Shown: in pieces, positions 19,791-29,001 of the stretch
Position numbering within the stretch: the stretch's first letter is position 1
How the letters are laid out: every line of letters begins with the position of its first letter
Virus record (IMG/VR): IMGVR_UViG_3300002036_000007
Coordinates: 242 to 64,241 of that record
Strand: one strand, 5' to 3'
DNA: 64,000 bases
Source: a virus
The notes under the pieces: model-generated
Database searches by the model: none
Seen by the model: only the letters and a program-made list of their open reading frames with translations
What the model was told of the DNA's origin: nothing
Translations under genes and position numbers: made by a program

Positions 19791-19875
19791 AAAGCAGCTT
19801 AGAAATAAATACCTATGAATATCAAATAAATATTTTTGAAGGGTAAACTGCTGAACAAGCAGCTAATTTAGATAA

Positions 19876-20043
19876 ATGGCTCTATCAAACAAAGACAAAC
19901 AGCGACAATACCGTGAGCGCCAGAGCGCCGAGGGGTTGACAGAGGTGCGTGGTATCTATGCAAAGCCCGAAGAGCATGGGCGGATAAAGAGATACGCCAA
20001 GAAACTCAAATCTAAAAAGCAGGCTGAAAACGAGAAACAGTAA
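19876..20043 (+). CDS. 55-aa basic putative DNA-binding protein (not in ORF track)
   Basis: MALSNKDKQRQYRERQSAEGLTEVRGIYAKPEEHGRIKRYAKKLK. Confidence 0.6.
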   Translation: MALSNKDKQRQYRERQSAEGLTEVRGIYAKPEEHGRIKRYAKKLKSKKQAENEKQ

Positions 20044-20088
20044 ACAAGTTGGGCGCAAACTTTCCGCCCAATTGCACAACCCAATAAG

Positions 20089-20110
20089 GCCCGTTAATTC
20101 GGGCTTTTTT
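20089..20110 (+). terminator. intrinsic terminator closing the moron
   Basis: GCCCG-TTAATT-CGGGC-TTTTTT. Confidence 0.8.
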
Positions 20111-20231
20111 GTGGGCGGTATTAGTACCTATTTACCGTTGTAAGTATTTGAAAATGTTATAATTGGGCAGCGATCAGAAACCTTCACGTTCTGACCGCTA
20201 CCACTTCCAAATCACTGCAAACCTAGAGGAT

Positions 20232-21077
20232 ATGCAGATCATGGCAATACCAATTGTAGTACAGGCCGGCGACCGATTCGGCAAGTTCACTGTAATAGCG
20301 GAAGCACCAGTGCGCCGCAAGTACGATAGATACTTCTTAGTCCAGTGCGATTGTGGCTCGGAGCCTCGAGAAGTGAGACTTCACAGCATGAAATCAGGCA
20401 GAACCGTTGGTTGCGGTTGCAGTCGAGGGCTGAACAAAACCAAATTTGTAAAAGCCGGCGAAACATACGGCCGGCTTACTGTTGTTCGTGAGCTCGAGGT
20501 AGAAGGCTACGAACGAACAATTGTCTGCTCTTGCTCATGTGGCTCAGGGGAAAAAGAATACTCTTTCTACCTAGTACGAAGCGGGTCGACACTAAGTTGT
20601 GGCTGCTTGGTTTCAGACGTTAATCGCGAGCTCAGAAAAACACACGGAAAGAGTGACACGAAGATATATGGATTATGGGCATCAATGCGAGCTCGCTGTT
20701 CAAACAAGAATGACGCTGATTACGGAGCTCGAGGCATTTCTGTATGCGATGAGTGGCATGACTTCGAGGCATTTGAGTCGTGGGCCATTAGTGCCGGCTA
20801 TCAGCATGGGCTGGAGATCGACAGAGAGAATAATGAAAAAGGCTACAACCCAGACAATTGCCGGTTCATAACCAAGGGCGACAACTGCCGCAACCGCAGC
20901 CGCTCAAGAATATGGCATGTGGCCGGCCGGCAGTACTCGAGCGCAAGGTTAGCGGCCGAACAACATAACGTGACAACAGGAACTATAAAGCATTGGGCTC
21001 GAGATGAAACGACTCGGGTGCATCCAACAATTGGAGAATGCTCGAGCGTTCCGAGATACAGAGATCGGGTTACATAA
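20232..21077 (+). CDS. HNH homing-type endonuclease with two N-terminal Cys-repeat units
   Basis: G.RFGKFTV...CDCG...SG...GCGC twice; WASMRARC...YGARGISVCDEW...LEIDRENNEKGYNPDNCRF; GAGG RBS before ATG 20232. Confidence 0.85.
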   Translation: MQIMAIPIVVQAGDRFGKFTVIAEAPVRRKYDRYFLVQCDCGSEPREVRLHSMKSGRTVGCGCSRGLNKTKFVKAGETYGRLTVVRELEVEGYERTIVCSCSCGSGEKEYSFYLVRSGSTLSCGCLVSDVNRELRKTHGKSDTKIYGLWASMRARCSNKNDADYGARGISVCDEWHDFEAFESWAISAGYQHGLEIDRENNEKGYNPDNCRFITKGDNCRNRSRSRIWHVAGRQYSSARLAAEQHNVTTGTIKHWARDETTRVHPTIGECSSVPRYRDRVT

Positions 21078-21102
21078 GCCCACAACTTCTACCAACCAAC
21101 TG

Positions 21103-21126
21103 AGCCTGCTACATGCAGGCTTTTTT
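21103..21126 (+). terminator. intrinsic terminator
   Basis: AGCCTGC-TACAT-GCAGGCT-TTTTT. Confidence 0.8.
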
Positions 21127-21137
21127 GTGCGGCGATT

Positions 21138-21710
21138 TTGAGGTCAAGCATGTCGAAAGATACTGAAGTTATAGAAAGCACACTGAATCCGAGGCAGATA
21201 CGATTTGCCCAAGAGTACTTGGTCGACCTAAATGCAACAGAGGCATACAAGCGGGCCGGCTATGAAACAAAAGACAACGATGTGGCAGGGGCTAACGCTG
21301 CGAGATTGCTAGCCGATGATAGGGTCAAAGCCCTAGTCGACCGCATGAAGATTGACCGCGAGCTCCGCACTCAGATAACGGCTGACAGGGTATTGGCTCA
21401 GGTGTATAGGCTTGCGTTCGCTGATATTCGAGGGCTGTACGGGGCAAATGGTGAGCATCTGCCGATACAGCAATTACCTGATGATTTGGCCGCTGCCATT
21501 CAGTCAGTGAAGGTTTCTGACCGAAGGGTGCCTAACTCTGAGACTGGCGATGAGTTTGAACAAGTCACTGAGTACAAGTTGGTCGACAAGAAAGCTACGG
21601 CCGAAATACTACTGAAGCACTTAGGCGAGCTCACTGAGAAAGTAGAGGTCGACGTGTCTGAGGGGATGATGCAAAGAATGCTTTCTGCTCGAGCAAGAGT
21701 TAAGAAATGA
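21138..21710 (+). CDS. terS: terminase small subunit
   Basis: LNPRQIRFAQEYLVDLNATEAYKRAGY...AARLL...ITADRVL...DKKATAEILLKHLG. Confidence 0.92.
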   Translation: MRSSMSKDTEVIESTLNPRQIRFAQEYLVDLNATEAYKRAGYETKDNDVAGANAARLLADDRVKALVDRMKIDRELRTQITADRVLAQVYRLAFADIRGLYGANGEHLPIQQLPDDLAAAIQSVKVSDRRVPNSETGDEFEQVTEYKLVDKKATAEILLKHLGELTEKVEVDVSEGMMQRMLSARARVKK

Positions 21711-23164
21711 CGGTCGGCTTTGCTAACAGTTTTGAAATTGAGCTCCAAACAGAAATATTCGAATTTTACGACGACCCGCTTGGTTATGCGATGTATGTGT
21801 GGCCATGGGGAGAAGAGGGAACACGGTTAGAGAATCACCCTGCACCCGATGACTGGCAATGCGAGGTGATGAATTACATCAGAGATCAGATGCTTGCTGA
21901 TCCTGAAGGCTTTCAGATTCGAGACGCCACAGCGTCAGGCCATGGCGTTGGAAAATCTGCGCTTCAGGCGATGATGGTACATTGGTTTCAGGCTACACGG
22001 TTTAAGCCGGCCGGTGTGACGACGGCTAACACGGCTTCGCAGTTGACGCTCAAGACAATGAGAGAGCTGTCCATATGGAACAGCGATGCCATCAACAGTC
22101 ATTGGTTTAAATGGTCAGTAACCAAATTCATGCGGGTTGGATATGAGCAAGATTGGTTTCAAAGCGCCGTTCCAAACTCTGAGCACAACAGCCAATCATT
22201 TGCTGGCCTTCATGGTGAAGAGGTGTTGGTCGTTTTTGACGAAGCCAGCACGATACCGCGCAGCATCTTTGAGGTAACGGAAGGTGCATTTACAACACCC
22301 AAAAACATCTGGTTGTTGTTCGGCAACCCAACAGAGAATACAGGCCCGTTCCGAGAAATATTTGGCGAAAAAAGAAAGTACTGGAATACGCGCCACATAG
22401 ATAGCCGCACAGCACGTATGGCCACGCTCAAGCCATCGAACATGAAGCAATTCGAAGACTGGGCCGAACAATACGGCGAGGACTCAGATTTCTTCAAGGT
22501 CCGCGTTAAGGGCGAATTCCCAGAACAAGCCAGCACGCAGTTCATCTCTCGATCAGTCGTAGCTAGGGCGCAAGGCTTTGAAGCACCAAGCCAGGAAGGC
22601 TTAATCAAAATGATGGGCGTTGATGTCGCACGCTACGGTGATGACTCAAGCGTGATAGCTCGCGTTCAGGGTCGCAAGCTTTATCCAATGATGGAGTTAA
22701 AGAAAACCGACACGATGACCACAGCGGCATGGGTAGCGGCTGAGATTAATCGATTCAAGCCGGACATGATCGTTATCGATGGCATTGGCGTAGGTGCTGG
22801 CGTTGTAGATCGTTTGATACAGCTTGGTTTTAACATCATCGAAGTAAACGCAGGCTCAATGCCGAGCGAATCGCACAAGAAAACCTGCACGAATAAACGC
22901 GCTGAGATGTGGACAGTGATGCGTGATTGGTTAGAGACAGCGGACATACCAGAGAAAGACACCGAGCTGTTCGACGATCTAACAGGGCTGACGTTTGCGC
23001 ATAACCGCGTTAACAACAAGCTGCAGTTAGAAAGCAAGGAAGAAGCAAAGAAGCGCGGGATTGCATCACCAGACAGAGCGGACGCATTAGCGCATTGCTT
23101 TGCGTTTCCGTATGTCCCAAAGATTGATGAAGTGCCAGAACCCGAACCAGACCCAGGATACTAA
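21707..23164 (+). CDS. terL: terminase large subunit
   Basis: Walker A ASGHGVGKS, Walker B VVFDEAS, GNP motif, nuclease GVDVARYGDD, C-term SPDRADALA. Confidence 0.95.
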   Translation: MTVGFANSFEIELQTEIFEFYDDPLGYAMYVWPWGEEGTRLENHPAPDDWQCEVMNYIRDQMLADPEGFQIRDATASGHGVGKSALQAMMVHWFQATRFKPAGVTTANTASQLTLKTMRELSIWNSDAINSHWFKWSVTKFMRVGYEQDWFQSAVPNSEHNSQSFAGLHGEEVLVVFDEASTIPRSIFEVTEGAFTTPKNIWLLFGNPTENTGPFREIFGEKRKYWNTRHIDSRTARMATLKPSNMKQFEDWAEQYGEDSDFFKVRVKGEFPEQASTQFISRSVVARAQGFEAPSQEGLIKMMGVDVARYGDDSSVIARVQGRKLYPMMELKKTDTMTTAAWVAAEINRFKPDMIVIDGIGVGAGVVDRLIQLGFNIIEVNAGSMPSESHKKTCTNKRAEMWTVMRDWLETADIPEKDTELFDDLTGLTFAHNRVNNKLQLESKEEAKKRGIASPDRADALAHCFAFPYVPKIDEVPEPEPDPGY

Positions 23165-23166
23165 CG

Positions 23167-23259
23167 ATGGATATATTGACTGTTGTCATATCTTTTTGGC
23201 TGTCAGCGCTAATCACGCCGCCTGTGTCGGCTTGGCTTTACGCAACAGGAATATTTTAA
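23167..23259 (+). CDS. 30-aa TM peptide (not in ORF track)
   Basis: MDILTVVISFWLSALITPPVSAWLYATGIF; TAATG overlap with the next ORF. Confidence 0.45.
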   Translation: MDILTVVISFWLSALITPPVSAWLYATGIF

Positions 23260-23546
23260 TGCCCGATCTTGCATTCAAGCAGTACCAAAGCTCCAAGCCT
23301 GTTGGCGCTCTGAGAATAGAAAAGATTCAGTACAGCTCAAGAAGTGACAATTACATTCTCACTCTTGAAAACAACCAGACGTTCACAGCGCAGAAGCATC
23401 ACGCTATCTACATCGATATCGAGTTCAGAAGCCCGTCTGAATCTGTCAGTGGTTACCTGATTGAATCATCGGGCGGCGAGCATGGTTACGAACTGATGTC
23501 GGACAAAGAGTTTAACAAGTGGCATGAGGCAATTAGCAATGAATGA
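23259..23546 (+). CDS. hypothetical phage protein
   Basis: AGGA RBS then ATG 23259 (track ORF 23100 over-extended); GYLI...G.GY..MS.KEF motif. Confidence 0.6.
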   Translation: MPDLAFKQYQSSKPVGALRIEKIQYSSRSDNYILTLENNQTFTAQKHHAIYIDIEFRSPSESVSGYLIESSGGEHGYELMSDKEFNKWHEAISNE

Positions 23547-23808
23547 ATTCGATCAAGTGCAGGCGCGAAGGTTTGGGCCGCATGCTGTTAGAGAATCGGT
23601 GACCAGAGAAACCGCAGCATTACGGGCGAATGCAGAAGCGGTATTGCGTCGCCCAACAGCCCAACCCGCAAAACCACCACGCGAAGAGATCGCCAACGAA
23701 GCAGACATGATCACCATTGCGGACGTTTTAAAGATCATTAATGACACGGCAAACGATCAACCGTTTGTGCGTGTAGACCAGCTCAAGCAGGCATTGAAAA
23801 AGGTATAG
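23524..23808 (+). CDS. hypothetical protein
   Basis: ORF between terL and the GH16 gene. Confidence 0.55.
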   Translation: MRQLAMNEFDQVQARRFGPHAVRESVTRETAALRANAEAVLRRPTAQPAKPPREEIANEADMITIADVLKIINDTANDQPFVRVDQLKQALKKV

Positions 23809-23811
23809 AAC

Positions 23812-25209
23812 ATGGTACAGCCAGTCATCAACGGTAGTACTCGCACATTTACTCAAGATTGGTTTGACAATTTCGACGACTCGACACCGTTGTTTGAGAA
23901 TTGGCAGCCGGATTTGATGTCTGATGGTCTTCATCGGGCCGGTAATGCTGATATTGATGCACAGGGTAATGACATCCCGAGAGTGCTGCGTGATGGCAGG
24001 CTAGTTACCAATGGCTCGGCTGCTGGCAAGCGCTGGTCAGCCTGGTACACACAGCAACACCAAACCTCATACATTGAGAATGGTCAGTTAGTGATGGGCG
24101 CACTGGTCGAGGATTTGCCGGACCCAACACGACGTTCATACATGCAAGGTGGTGAGCTGGTCGAGTGGAATACTATCCGAGTCATGCTCTCGTATCTGAC
24201 CACATGGGCACGCGTCTGGAGCAATGAGGCGAATAACGGTCAAGGCGGTTTCATAACCGACCCAGCATCGCCTGATCGTGCTTGGGGGCCTGGTCATTTC
24301 TTCGAAATGGACGTTGATTTCAGTCAGATGAGTACGCAGGGCATGCGGCTATCTTTTTGGCTGATGCCTGCTTATGACTATACGTCAGATGCATATAACG
24401 CAGACGCAGCCGACGGTGTAGAGATCGATATTTTCGAATACGAAAATACTCCAGGGTTTGAGCAAGTTGTACAGATGAAGGTCATCGGTGGCTCAGTGCT
24501 GGGCAATACGCCTGGTGGCTCAGTGAACGTGCCTAAATCTGTGGCTGATTTCTCCGAAGGGCCGTGCACAATTGGGCTGCTTTGGGAGACAGACAAACTA
24601 GTCTGGTACATCAACGGCAAAGAGATGCAGCGCGATGAAGATCGTGTACCGCAAGTACCGCATTATCTGATTATCAGTCGAGAGCTTAATTCAGGCGCAA
24701 AAAACAATCCTGGGCCGGGCGAGCTACAAGCGATACCGGCGTATATTTCCGATGCTAATGGCGATCCAGTAAAGAACACAGAGCCAGCACCGTACATACC
24801 TGAAGACGCAGGTCTATTCGCTAAGAATGCATGGTTTCACCGCGACCGAATGAGCGGTGATAAGGGTTTTATTGATTATGTTCGTGTTTGGTCTGTCGGT
24901 GAAGTAGTGCAGCCGGAACCAGAGCCGCCTGTTGTTGTAGAGCCAGAACCACCAGGCGAGCCAAGTCCGCCGACTGTCGTAACACCAGACCCAGACCCGA
25001 ACCCAGACTCAGACCCGGTATTAGGGCCAATCAGTGTGCCGGTCGATGATTGTCGCGAGTGCGGAGCTAGACAAGAGCCGGTGAGGTTAATGCCGCATGC
25101 AACCATACTAAATATGGATGAGATATTCGCATCTGTAGACCCGTCGATATTCAGCAATATCCATGTGGAGTACACATTTTCAAACGGTCGGAAGTTTAGA
25201 AACAAATGA
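23812..25209 (+). CDS. glycoside hydrolase family 16-like protein with a Pro-rich linker
   Basis: W.DNFD, LSFWLMP, catalytic EIDIFE (ExDxxE), IGLLWETDKLVWYING and FIDYVRVW. Confidence 0.85.
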   Translation: MVQPVINGSTRTFTQDWFDNFDDSTPLFENWQPDLMSDGLHRAGNADIDAQGNDIPRVLRDGRLVTNGSAAGKRWSAWYTQQHQTSYIENGQLVMGALVEDLPDPTRRSYMQGGELVEWNTIRVMLSYLTTWARVWSNEANNGQGGFITDPASPDRAWGPGHFFEMDVDFSQMSTQGMRLSFWLMPAYDYTSDAYNADAADGVEIDIFEYENTPGFEQVVQMKVIGGSVLGNTPGGSVNVPKSVADFSEGPCTIGLLWETDKLVWYINGKEMQRDEDRVPQVPHYLIISRELNSGAKNNPGPGELQAIPAYISDANGDPVKNTEPAPYIPEDAGLFAKNAWFHRDRMSGDKGFIDYVRVWSVGEVVQPEPEPPVVVEPEPPGEPSPPTVVTPDPDPNPDSDPVLGPISVPVDDCRECGARQEPVRLMPHATILNMDEIFASVDPSIFSNIHVEYTFSNGRKFRNK

Positions 25210-25643
25210 GCAACATAATACTGCCAGTGGGAATGAATCCAAAAGCCGCAGCCAATGATGGTGTGGCGGCTATCACAGCGCCTTATCTTGACGCACAACA
25301 AACCAAGTATGAGAAAGGCAACCCGATAGCCTTGCAAAAGCTGTGCACTGATTGCGCGGTGATACTGCAGAACGAATACAACGGTAATGGGCATTTTGCA
25401 TGGGGCTGCGCTCCCACGCCTGATGGGTCAATGATCAATATCCGATTGTATGCCGATGGGCTGCACGGTCGGTACGGCTGGCAGATTAAAACCACTGATT
25501 TACAGCAGGAAACCGGGCGCCGAAAAGCGCTGATCTTTGCCGGTGGCGAGATATTAGAGCGCTATAACATTGAAGGGAAAAAGCAAGCCGCAGAGTCTAA
25601 GAGATTGCGTGATACCCGAGGCGAGGTAATACCAGAGCTATGA
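25206..25643 (+). CDS. hypothetical protein preceding portal
   Basis: Coupled to the portal gene by overlap. Confidence 0.6.
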   Translation: MSNIILPVGMNPKAAANDGVAAITAPYLDAQQTKYEKGNPIALQKLCTDCAVILQNEYNGNGHFAWGCAPTPDGSMINIRLYADGLHGRYGWQIKTTDLQQETGRRKALIFAGGEILERYNIEGKKQAAESKRLRDTRGEVIPEL

Positions 25644-28027
25644 GATCCCAGGTCGCAGCAGGTCTATCCGACAATCTATCGGATGGTACGTATGGGCCAG
25701 GCGGTATGCCTGTTGCGCAGGATGAAAAGGACACGCGAACGCCTGAACAAATGGAGGCGGATAGGCAGGACTCGATTACTTTGCTTGAGTTCCGTCAGTC
25801 TATCGCTGATTCAACCCACTACATGGACACGAATTACCGCAGGCAGTGGGAGAGCAACATTGCCAACTTTCAGGGACGACATCCAGCGGGTTCGAGGTAC
25901 CACACGAACGGTTACAAGTTCCGTTCAAAGCTACATATGCCAAAGGTGCGCGCGGCTGAGAAGCGGTGGAGTGCTGCTTTAACATCTGCATTCTTCTCTA
26001 CTCGCGACGCGCTGGTAGTCGAGGCTGAGAACCAGAACGACAAGCAGCAAGCGGCGAGCGCTGCGCTGTGGAAACAGGTCATGCAGTACCGGCTGATGAA
26101 GACGATGCCGTGGTTTCAGACCGTGCTAGGTGCTGGCCAGGATGCATTTGTGAATGGTGTTTGTATTACTCACAATTTCTGGCGCTACGAAGAGGACGGC
26201 GACGGTAACGTCATTCACGACACGCCTGCGTGTGATCTAGTGCCGATTGAGAATTTACGTTTTAGCCCGGCTGCAGATTGGCGCGACCCGATAAACGATT
26301 CAGAATACCTTGATCACATCATGCCGATGACGGTCAATGCAATTAAGGCAAAGATGGCAACTGGAGAGTGGGCCTATGCGCCTGATTCACTCATTGCTGC
26401 TGCTACTCGCGACTATGACTCTACAAGCCATGCAAGACAGGACACAGCGACCGACACAGACAAGGCCGACACGGTTGCAGGCCATCAGATCGCGTACGTT
26501 CACAAGCACATCAAGCGAGAACAGGGCATTGACTACATTTTCTTTGTGCTGGGTCAAGAGCATTTACTGACCGTCCCGACACGTCTTGATAGCGTGAACC
26601 CTAACGGTATTCGTAACTACACGTTAGGCCATGTCGATATCGAAGCGCACAAGGTCTACGCGCAATCACCAGTACAGCAGATGGAATCGTTGCTCGCTTC
26701 ATTGAATGAGAGCGTTAACATGCGCAAGGATAACGTCAGGCTGGCATTGAATAAGCGCTACACGGTCAAGCGCGGTAGTCCGATTGATATACCGCAGCTC
26801 ATGCGAAATGTTCCCGGTGGAACAATCATGGTCAACGACCACACAGACGTTGAGCCGTTAGAGACAAATGACGTTACCGCGTCGAGCTATAAGGAACAGG
26901 AATTCGACGGTGCTATGTTTGATGAGATAGCTGGTACGTTTAACTCCAGTTCGATCAACACCAACAGGCGCATGGGTGAGACTGTGGGCGGTATGGAATT
27001 GTTGGCCTCTGATGTCAACGTGGTGACTGAGCACAAGCTCGAAGTGTTCGCCAATACCTGGATGGGTCCGACGCTTGAGCAGCTTTTTTTGTTAGAGCAG
27101 GCGTACGAAACTGACTTTGTGATTATGGCAATGGCGGCGAATGACGCCGATATTCATAAGCAATACGGCGTTGATGAAATCACTACGGAAATGATCAATC
27201 AGAATTTAATGGTATCAATCAACTTTGGCGTGGATGCCACTAACCCAGCCAGGGCGATAGACAAGCTCGGCATTTATATTCAGCACGCGCAGCTTTTAGG
27301 CAAACAATTAGACACTGATGAAGTGCTTAACGAACTGGCCGGACGCATGGGCTACGACAATGGCGGTCGATTCCTGCTAGACGAACAGCAGCAAGCAGAA
27401 CAAGCGCAGAATCAGCAGCCGTCACCAGAGCAACAACAGGCTGAAGCGCAAGCAGCATCAGAGCAATTGAAAGCGCAAGTGGCTGAGATGAAAATGCAGG
27501 TTGATAGCCAGAAATTGCAGCTTGAAGGTCAAAAGCTAGAAATGACCAAAATGAAGCAAGATCAGGATTTCCAGCTTGCACAAGCGAAGCTTGAGGCCGA
27601 CATAACGGCTAAACGCGAACAGCTAGCGGTGCAGCGTGACATAGCCGAAGAGAGCACAGAAACACAGATCGGCATAGCAATGGTCAACGACAAGACCACG
27701 CGCGAAACAGCCGCTCTGCAGGCTGAGACAGCGATACAAGCCAAGATCATGGATGGTGAGATAGCCACGCAAGCGCAGGAAGTGCAGCGCGAAGCTAAGC
27801 AGATCGATAGCCAGGTAGCCGCGCGCGGTCAAGATATCCAGCGCGAAGCCAAGCAGCAAGACACCCAGACAGCGCGGCAAGGGCAGGAAGTAACGCGAGA
27901 AGCTAACCATTTGAAGGATAGGCAGGCTGCAAATGCGGTAAAATCAAAGGCCGAATCCGACAAAGCGAAATCTGATGAGAGCAGGCGAACTGGCCGAGAT
28001 AATGGCAAAGATCGACCCAAAACGTGA
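25640..28027 (+). CDS. portal protein (podovirus type) with a long C-terminal coiled-coil barrel
   Basis: 795 aa after terL; LNESVNMRKDNVRLALNKRY, ETVGGMELL and a Q-rich coiled-coil tail. Confidence 0.85.
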   Translation: MRSQVAAGLSDNLSDGTYGPGGMPVAQDEKDTRTPEQMEADRQDSITLLEFRQSIADSTHYMDTNYRRQWESNIANFQGRHPAGSRYHTNGYKFRSKLHMPKVRAAEKRWSAALTSAFFSTRDALVVEAENQNDKQQAASAALWKQVMQYRLMKTMPWFQTVLGAGQDAFVNGVCITHNFWRYEEDGDGNVIHDTPACDLVPIENLRFSPAADWRDPINDSEYLDHIMPMTVNAIKAKMATGEWAYAPDSLIAAATRDYDSTSHARQDTATDTDKADTVAGHQIAYVHKHIKREQGIDYIFFVLGQEHLLTVPTRLDSVNPNGIRNYTLGHVDIEAHKVYAQSPVQQMESLLASLNESVNMRKDNVRLALNKRYTVKRGSPIDIPQLMRNVPGGTIMVNDHTDVEPLETNDVTASSYKEQEFDGAMFDEIAGTFNSSSINTNRRMGETVGGMELLASDVNVVTEHKLEVFANTWMGPTLEQLFLLEQAYETDFVIMAMAANDADIHKQYGVDEITTEMINQNLMVSINFGVDATNPARAIDKLGIYIQHAQLLGKQLDTDEVLNELAGRMGYDNGGRFLLDEQQQAEQAQNQQPSPEQQQAEAQAASEQLKAQVAEMKMQVDSQKLQLEGQKLEMTKMKQDQDFQLAQAKLEADITAKREQLAVQRDIAEESTETQIGIAMVNDKTTRETAALQAETAIQAKIMDGEIATQAQEVQREAKQIDSQVAARGQDIQREAKQQDTQTARQGQEVTREANHLKDRQAANAVKSKAESDKAKSDESRRTGRDNGKDRPKT

Positions 28028-28304
28028 GGTTATGATCGGGAATATCGAGGATGGAACAGCTGTTAAGCTGCTTGGCGTCGAGCCGGGTTTGTTGTATGAC
28101 GGCTCTAAGTTATACAGCGAAGACGACCCGCAACCAGAGCCGGATAAATCGATAACCAGCGTTGTTTGCTTGTGGCCGAGGGATGATCAATCAAGGCGAG
28201 CTATAGAAATGCAAGAGCGCGAGATTCCAGATCACGGCCACGATGTTCCAGAAGGCGAAATCGAAGTTGTAACTGAAGAGGTTAATGCAACGCAATGGGA
28301 CTAA
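27975..28304 (+). CDS. hypothetical protein
   Basis: MRAGELAEIMAKIDPKREVMI, a common phage small-protein start. Confidence 0.6.
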   Translation: MRAGELAEIMAKIDPKREVMIGNIEDGTAVKLLGVEPGLLYDGSKLYSEDDPQPEPDKSITSVVCLWPRDDQSRRAIEMQEREIPDHGHDVPEGEIEVVTEEVNATQWD

Positions 28305-28603
28305 CTAGACGAAACTTTCTAACCAAACTAGCCGCACTGCCATTGGTTGGTGCGCTGCCTTTTGTTAAAGCGAGAGCCGAACCCGAACCAACTGGTTTTT
28401 CGCAGAGATTGATAACCCGCGAGATGAATAGCTCTGGTGATATTGATATCAGGGAGCTTGAGAAGGGGCAATGGTACAAAGTATCGGCAGATTACAAGAT
28501 GACAGATCGCGGCGCAGTATTGCTTGATCAGAACGTCCGAAAGATAGACGGGCCGAACTACAAATACAAAATTGGCGAACATTGGCCGGATGGCAATGGC
28601 TAA
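28295..28603 (+). CDS. protein with a twin-arginine (Tat) signal peptide
   Basis: MGLTRRNFLTKLAALPLVGALPFVKARA-E. Confidence 0.65.
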   Translation: MGLTRRNFLTKLAALPLVGALPFVKARAEPEPTGFSQRLITREMNSSGDIDIRELEKGQWYKVSADYKMTDRGAVLLDQNVRKIDGPNYKYKIGEHWPDGNG

Positions 28604-28628
28604 ACCACCCAAACAACCAAGCCCAGAG

Positions 28629-28652
28629 AGCCGCTTTTACAGCGGCTTTTTT
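28629..28652 (+). terminator. intrinsic terminator
   Basis: AGCCGCT-TTTAC-AGCGGCT-TTTTT. Confidence 0.8.
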
Positions 28653-28669
28653 GTGCGTGTAGATAGAGC

Positions 28670-28987
28670 ATGAACGACGATTACATCGACCCGATAGAAG
28701 ACGACCAGAACGCGATACAGGCTGAGCATGATAAGCAAAAGTTCTTCGAGATGGCCGAAAAATACGCCGATTTCAAGGTCAAAAACCCAGATTTATACGC
28801 ATGGCTTTATTCAATGGCTGATGCTGACGAGAAAGCGGCAACCGAAAAGTTGATCGAGAACATCAGCGACGAATCAAACACAGAGCAGCGTTTCATCATC
28901 AGAGCGTGTCGTTATTACCGGCAGTGGCTCGAAGATGGCGACAACGCTGTGGCAGTTATGCGCACCCAGACAGAACCAAGTAACTAA
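28670..28987 (+). CDS. head morphogenesis-region protein
   Basis: Conserved podovirus position between portal and scaffold. Confidence 0.6.
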   Translation: MNDDYIDPIEDDQNAIQAEHDKQKFFEMAEKYADFKVKNPDLYAWLYSMADADEKAATEKLIENISDESNTEQRFIIRACRYYRQWLEDGDNAVAVMRTQTEPSN

Positions 28988-29001
28988 CACGAGGAAATAT
29001 T

